Below, piece after piece: positions 21,937 through 26,653 of a stretch of 26,653 bases of DNA. The DNA comes from Candidatus Fervidifonticultor quintus (GTDB taxonomy: Bacteria; Sysuimicrobiota; Sysuimicrobiia; Sysuimicrobiales; Humicultoraceae). The notes beneath the pieces were generated by a model. That model did no database searches, was not told the DNA's origin, and was given only the letters and a program-made list of their open reading frames with translations. Position numbers and translations under genes: made by a program. The first letter of the stretch is position 1. The number at the start of each line of letters is the position of its first letter. The stretch covers positions 1 to 26,653 of the forward strand of contig JAVKIJ010000042.1 in the NCBI GenBank assembly GCA_031459535.1, given 5' to 3'.

Positions 21937-23604
21937 CTACTGGTCGCCCCACCTCCACTCCCAGATGTTCCAGGGGATGTAGTACGAGCCCAGCCCGACC
22001 GGCTTCACGTTGCGCATCGCCTTAGGGTAGGTGGTCAGGTCGAGCCGGAAGTACAGGGGCAGGCTGGGCAGATCTTCGGCGAAGATCTCCTGCTGCTTCT
22101 TGAGGAGCGCGTTGCGCTTCTCGGCATCCAGCTCGGCGATGATCTGCTCCCAGAGCCGGTCGTTCTCGGCATTGCGCCACCCCACCCGGTTGTTGCCGGA
22201 CCACGCGTTGGCCGCTGAGGGGATGTCGTTGCTGTGGAACCGGTCGGAGGGCACCGACTCGGGGGTGAACAGGCTGGCGTACATGGCCATGTGGGGGAAC
22301 TGCCGACGCGTCACCCAGGCCCCGAAGAAGACGCTGGCCGGCCGGTTGTCGATCCGGACGTCAATCCCGACCTGCCGGAGCTGCTCCTTTACGATCTGCT
22401 CGATCTGCTCCCGAATGGAGTTCCCCGACGTGGTGGACAGGGACATCTCGACCCGCCTGCCAGCGCTGTCCCGGAGGATCCCGTCGGGCCCGGACCGGAA
22501 CCCCGCTTCTGCCAGCAGGGCACGGGCCTTGACGGGATCGTACTCATACTTCTTAACATTCGGGTTCGCGGCGGGGTGGCCGGGCGCCATCCAGGAGTGC
22601 GCCACCGGCTGGCGACCGCCGGAGCACGAGACCTCGGCGATGGCCTTGCGGTCCAGGGCGTAGCCGATCGCCTGGCGGACCCGCTTGTCCTTCAGCCAGA
22701 CGTCGTCGTTGTTGAAGTCGATCCGTTCCCACACCATGGCCTCTCGGTAGTGGGCCTCCACCCGCGGGTTGCGCTGGGCAATCTGCTCCATCTGCAGGCA
22801 ACTGAAGTTGTTGATGTCGGTGGCGTCCACGCTGCCGGAGATCACATTGGCCTGCAGCACCGTGCTGTCCAAGATAAACCGCAACGTGACCTTCTTGATG
22901 GCCGGCGCGCCCAGGGGCCACTTCTCGTGGGCCTCGAAGGACATGTGGCTCCCGGCCACCCACTCGGTCATCTTGTAGGGGCCCGCCCCCACGGGCAGCC
23001 GCCAGAAGGGATGCGCCTTCAACTGGGCAGGGTTGGCCAGATACGGCCGCTCCAGGACATGGCGCGGCAGGACGTAGTTCTGGCCGAACGGCTGGCTGCC
23101 TGCGAACGGCCAGAGCTCGTTCCACTGCACGACCATGGTGTAGGGATCGTTCACGTCGGGGACCAGGATATTGTCCACCTTGTTCAGGACGAACCGGGCG
23201 ATACTGGGCACCTGCGGGTTGCGCATCATACCATAGGTGAACCGCCAGTCCAGCGCCGTGACCGGTCTCCCGTCGTGCCACGTGAAGCCGCGCTTGAGCT
23301 TCCAGGTCACGCGCATCTTCTTGTTGGGCAGGACCACCCAGTCGCCGTCCTTCAGGGTCGGAAACTTCTCGACCATGAGCGGAATGCGCTGCCACTTCTC
23401 GTTGAACGGCGTAATGTCGCCGAAGACGATGTTGTGGATGACCCCAGCCGCGGCCATGACGCCCATCGGCCCCAGGATGTCGGGCTCCTGGGCCATGGCC
23501 AGCGTCACCGTATCACGGCGCTGGGCCTGCGCGGCCGGCGCCAGGGCCGATGCCACCACTAGGAGCGCGGCCAGCAGGACCTTTTGCAGCAGCGTGCGCG
23601 TCAT
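21937..23604 (-). CDS. Peptide/nickel-type (family 5) ABC substrate-binding protein
   Basis: Sec signal peptide ending AQA with no lipobox Cys; WHDGRPVTA, GAGPYK, RVRQAIGYALDR, YDPVKARALLAEAG; AGGAGG Shine-Dalgarno. Confidence 0.93.
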   Translation of the reverse strand: MTRTLLQKVLLAALLVVASALAPAAQAQRRDTVTLAMAQEPDILGPMGVMAAAGVIHNIVFGDITPFNEKWQRIPLMVEKFPTLKDGDWVVLPNKKMRVTWKLKRGFTWHDGRPVTALDWRFTYGMMRNPQVPSIARFVLNKVDNILVPDVNDPYTMVVQWNELWPFAGSQPFGQNYVLPRHVLERPYLANPAQLKAHPFWRLPVGAGPYKMTEWVAGSHMSFEAHEKWPLGAPAIKKVTLRFILDSTVLQANVISGSVDATDINNFSCLQMEQIAQRNPRVEAHYREAMVWERIDFNNDDVWLKDKRVRQAIGYALDRKAIAEVSCSGGRQPVAHSWMAPGHPAANPNVKKYEYDPVKARALLAEAGFRSGPDGILRDSAGRRVEMSLSTTSGNSIREQIEQIVKEQLRQVGIDVRIDNRPASVFFGAWVTRRQFPHMAMYASLFTPESVPSDRFHSNDIPSAANAWSGNNRVGWRNAENDRLWEQIIAELDAEKRNALLKKQQEIFAEDLPSLPLYFRLDLTTYPKAMRNVKPVGLGSYYIPWNIWEWRWGDQ

Positions 23605-23626
23605 GCGATGCCTCCTTCCGCGGTCT

Positions 23627-24553
23627 CTAGGTCTTCAGCCGGGGATCGAGCGCATCCCTCAGCCCGTCCCCGAGGAAATTGAACGAGAGCACCGTAATGA
23701 AGATGAACAGCCCGGGGAACACGGCCAGCCACGAGGCCTTCAGGAGATACTCCTGTGCCCGCTGGAGCATGTTGCCCCACGATGGCACGGGCGGTTGGAT
23801 CCCCAGCCCCAGGTACGACAGCCCGGACTCCCCCAGGATAGCGTTGCCGACCGCGAGGGTGGCGGCCACGATGACCGGGGCCAGCGAGTTGGGAATCAGG
23901 TGTTTGAAGATGATCCGGGTTTCCGAGGCCCCCATGGCCCGGCCGGCCTCCACGAAGTCCTGGCTCTTCAGGGAGAGGATCTGCCCGCGAACCAAGCGGG
24001 CCACCGTGGTCCACCCGAAGACCGTGAAGATCAAGACGATTCGTCCCACCCCGCCGCCGGGGATCAGGGCCGACAGGATGAGGTAGAGCGGGAGCGTCGG
24101 GACCGCCAGCAACATGTCTACCAGCCGCATCAGCACGCTGTCGAGCCAGCCGCCGTAGAAGCCCGCAATGGCGCCCACGAACGCACCCACCGCCGAGATC
24201 GCCACGGCCACCACATAGCCCACCACGAGGGAGATGCGGCCGGCGTACATGATGCGGGTCAGCACGTCCCGGCCCAGCTCATCGGTGCCGAACACGTGCC
24301 CGCCCAGGCTGGGCTCGTGCCACCGTTTCTGGAGATCGATCCGGTCAAAGGCCGAGGGCGCGATCCAGGGCGCCAGCAGCGCCATGAGCGTCAGGAGCAC
24401 GGCGATGCTGCCGCCGACCATGGCCAGGCGGTGTTTGAGGAACCGACGCCGCACGAGCTGCCAGTACGACTGCCCGGCCATGACGCCGGCGGCCTCCAGG
24501 CGCCGTCGCTCCAGATCCAGGGCCGTCTGGCGAGGTGTGACCGCTCGAGCCAT
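23627..24553 (-). CDS. oppC: Peptide ABC transporter permease (OppC/DppC type)
   Basis: FGTDELGRD, ARLVRGQILS, EAA loop FVEAGRAMGAS, SWGNML, GDGLRDALDPR. Confidence 0.92.
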   Translation of the reverse strand: MARAVTPRQTALDLERRRLEAAGVMAGQSYWQLVRRRFLKHRLAMVGGSIAVLLTLMALLAPWIAPSAFDRIDLQKRWHEPSLGGHVFGTDELGRDVLTRIMYAGRISLVVGYVVAVAISAVGAFVGAIAGFYGGWLDSVLMRLVDMLLAVPTLPLYLILSALIPGGGVGRIVLIFTVFGWTTVARLVRGQILSLKSQDFVEAGRAMGASETRIIFKHLIPNSLAPVIVAATLAVGNAILGESGLSYLGLGIQPPVPSWGNMLQRAQEYLLKASWLAVFPGLFIFITVLSFNFLGDGLRDALDPRLKT

Positions 24554-24572
24554 CGCGTCCCTCCCGGTCAGC

Positions 24573-25538
24573 CTATTCGTACCGAATCCGTGGGTCCGCC
24601 ACGGCGTAGGCGATATCGGCGACCAGGTTGAACGTCACCGTCATCAGCGCCGTGAAGAGCAACACCGCCATGGCCACGTTGTAATCGTGCCCGAGCACGG
24701 CCTGGAACAGCAGTAGGCCCATCCCGGGCCAGGAGAACACCGTCTCGGTCAGGACCGCGCCGCTCAGGGTCGCGGGGATGGAGAGCGCGATCAGGGTAAT
24801 GATGGGGATCAGCGCGTTGCGCAGGGCGTGCCTGTTGATGACCACCTGCTCGGGATTGCCCTTGGCCCGCGCGGTCCGCACGTAGTCCTGGCGGATGACC
24901 TCCAGCATGCTGCTCCGCATGTAGCGGGCCCAGCCTGCCATGTTGAACGTGGCCAGCACCGACACGGGCAGGACCAGGTGCCACAGGCGATCCAGGACCC
25001 TGGGCCAGCCCGGTTCCACGCCCGGCGTGAGCATCCCGCCGGCCGGGAACCACGGGATCCAGACCGCAAACAAGAGAATGAAAACGATCCCCTGCCAGAA
25101 CACGGGTACCGAGTGGCCGGCAAAGGCGAACACCGTGAGCGCGTAGTCGGCCTTCGAGTACTGGTGGAGTGCCGAGTAGATGCCGGCCGACACTCCGACG
25201 ATGAAGGCCAACACGATGGCCGCGGCCACCAGCTGAAGAGTATTCACCAGCCTCTCACCGATGATCTTCGTGACCGGCGTCCCGTAAGTGCGGGAGTAGC
25301 CGAGGTCTCCGCGGACCACCGAGCGCAGCCACTTGAAATACCGCACGTACACCGCATCGTCGAGCCCGTAGTACTTGCGCAGCGCGGCCACATCCTCCGG
25401 CTTGATGTCGGGGGTGCTGGCGGCGATCAACTCCACGGGGTCGCCGGGCGTGAACACCAGCAGGGTGAACATCAGGAGCGACAGCCCCACGAGGATGATC
25501 ACCCCATGCACCAGCCGCCGCGCCACGAATCGCTGCAT
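24573..25538 (-). CDS. oppB: Peptide ABC transporter permease (OppB/DppB type)
   Basis: PGDP, GDLGYS, RSSMLEVIRQDYVRTARAKG, HALRNALIP, ETVFSWPGMG, DPRIRY. Confidence 0.92.
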   Translation of the reverse strand: MQRFVARRLVHGVIILVGLSLLMFTLLVFTPGDPVELIAASTPDIKPEDVAALRKYYGLDDAVYVRYFKWLRSVVRGDLGYSRTYGTPVTKIIGERLVNTLQLVAAAIVLAFIVGVSAGIYSALHQYSKADYALTVFAFAGHSVPVFWQGIVFILLFAVWIPWFPAGGMLTPGVEPGWPRVLDRLWHLVLPVSVLATFNMAGWARYMRSSMLEVIRQDYVRTARAKGNPEQVVINRHALRNALIPIITLIALSIPATLSGAVLTETVFSWPGMGLLLFQAVLGHDYNVAMAVLLFTALMTVTFNLVADIAYAVADPRIRYE

Positions 25539-25549
25539 GTCGTGCCCTC

Positions 25550-25586
25550 CGGCCGGGCGGGTGCGGTCTGCCTACCCGCCCGGCCG
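25550..25586 (-). terminator. 13-bp GC hairpin between the upstream binding-protein gene and oppB (stabiliser or partial terminator)
   Basis: CGGCCGGGCGGGT (25550-25562) pairs perfectly with ACCCGCCCGGCCG (25574-25586); abuts the oppB GGAGGG Shine-Dalgarno; no U-tract. Confidence 0.6.
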
Positions 25587-25600
25587 ATCCGGATACCTGC

Positions 25601-26653
25601 CTACTGCGCCCACGCCCACTCGTGGGAGTTCCAGTTGATATAGGTGCCGGCCAGGCCGGTGGGCTTCACGTTGGTCAGGCGCTTGGCCGACGTGGTCAGG
25701 TGCAGGCGGAAGTAGAGCGGGATCGCGGGCAGTTCCTCGGCCCAGATCTCCTGCTGCCGCTTGAGCATCTGTACCCGTTTGGCCGTCTCGATCTCGGTCT
25801 CGATCTGGGTCAGGAGGCGATCGTTCTCCTCGTGTCGGAAGCCAGGATAGTTCTGGCCCTCCCAGTTATTGGCCGCCGTGGGAATCTGGTTCGACTTCCA
25901 CAGGGTGTTGCCCAGGCTCAGCGGGGTCATCAACCAGGCGTACATCACCATGTGGGGAAACTGGCGGCGCGCGGTCACCTGACCGAAGAGAACGCTGGCC
26001 GGGCGGTTGTCGATGCGCAGATCAATCCCGATGCCCTTGAGCTGCTCCTTCATGATCTGCTGCACCTGCTCGCGCAGGGCGTTGCCCGCGGTGGTCATGA
26101 TGGTCATCTCGAACCGCTTGCCGCTCCGGTCGCGGAGGATCCCATCAGGACCCATGGTAAAGCCAGCCTCGGCGAGCAGCGCGCGGGCGCGGGCGGGGTC
26201 AAAGTTGTACTTCTTGACGTCCTTGTTGAAGCCCTCATGCCGCTCCGGCAGCCACGTGTGCGCCACCGGCTGACGGCCCCCCGAGCAGGCGACCTCGGCA
26301 ATGGCCTCCCGGTTCAACCCGTACGCGATGGCCTGCCGGACCCGCTTGTCCCGCAGCCACTCATTGTCCAGGTTCAGGTCCACATGCTCCCAGATCAGCG
26401 CCGGGGTGTAGTTGCCGTTCACTTGCGGGTTGCGCTTCTCGATCTCCTCGATGGAGGCGCAGTCATTGATGTTGTTGATCTCCGTGACGTCCACCTGGCC
26501 AGCAATGGCGTTGGCCTGCAGCACGGTGCCGTCCAGGATGAACCGCCAGGTCTGCCGCTTGATCTTGGGGGGACCACCGGGGAACGGGTCGTAGGCCTCG
26601 AGGGTGAGGTGACTCCCGGCAGCCCACCCGCGCCTCTTGTACGGGCCGTTCAG
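25601..26653 (-). CDS. Second family 5 ABC substrate-binding protein (partial, start lies beyond the right edge)
   Basis: Frame is open to the window end (LNGPYKRRGWAAGSHLTLEAY...RFILDGTVLQAN); clear paralogue of 21937-23604. Confidence 0.93.
   Translation of the reverse strand: MNGPYKRRGWAAGSHLTLEAYDPFPGGPPKIKRQTWRFILDGTVLQANAIAGQVDVTEINNINDCASIEEIEKRNPQVNGNYTPALIWEHVDLNLDNEWLRDKRVRQAIAYGLNREAIAEVACSGGRQPVAHTWLPERHEGFNKDVKKYNFDPARARALLAEAGFTMGPDGILRDRSGKRFEMTIMTTAGNALREQVQQIMKEQLKGIGIDLRIDNRPASVLFGQVTARRQFPHMVMYAWLMTPLSLGNTLWKSNQIPTAANNWEGQNYPGFRHEENDRLLTQIETEIETAKRVQMLKRQQEIWAEELPAIPLYFRLHLTTSAKRLTNVKPTGLAGTYINWNSHEWAWAQ

Overview
A high-GC bacterial housekeeping region with almost every gene on the minus strand. 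In window order: uvrC (cut by the left edge), uvrA, uvrB, coaE, polA, a divergent tRNA-Leu(CAA) on +, a geranylgeranyl-reductase-family FAD oxidoreductase, a DUF881 protein, a TlpA/ResA-like thioredoxin, dnaE, an RlmD/TrmA-fold protein, gatB-gatA-gatC, and an Opp/Dpp-type ABC importer (two ATPases, two permeases, two paralogous binding proteins, the last cut by the right edge). I see no mobile element, CRISPR array or defence system. The best observations are at residue level. (1) The RlmD-like protein coupled to gatB keeps its TRAM-like region and 4Fe-4S cysteines but has lost the recognisable catalytic and SAM-binding motifs, so it looks like a pseudo-methyltransferase. (2) Pol I has Asp instead of Glu at the motif A steric gate (DYSQIDLR) plus two other active-site deviations. 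(3) Extended -10 promoters sit directly against the start codons of uvrB, polA and dnaE, suggesting leaderless or near-leaderless mRNAs. All family assignments come from motif recognition by eye, not from database searches.
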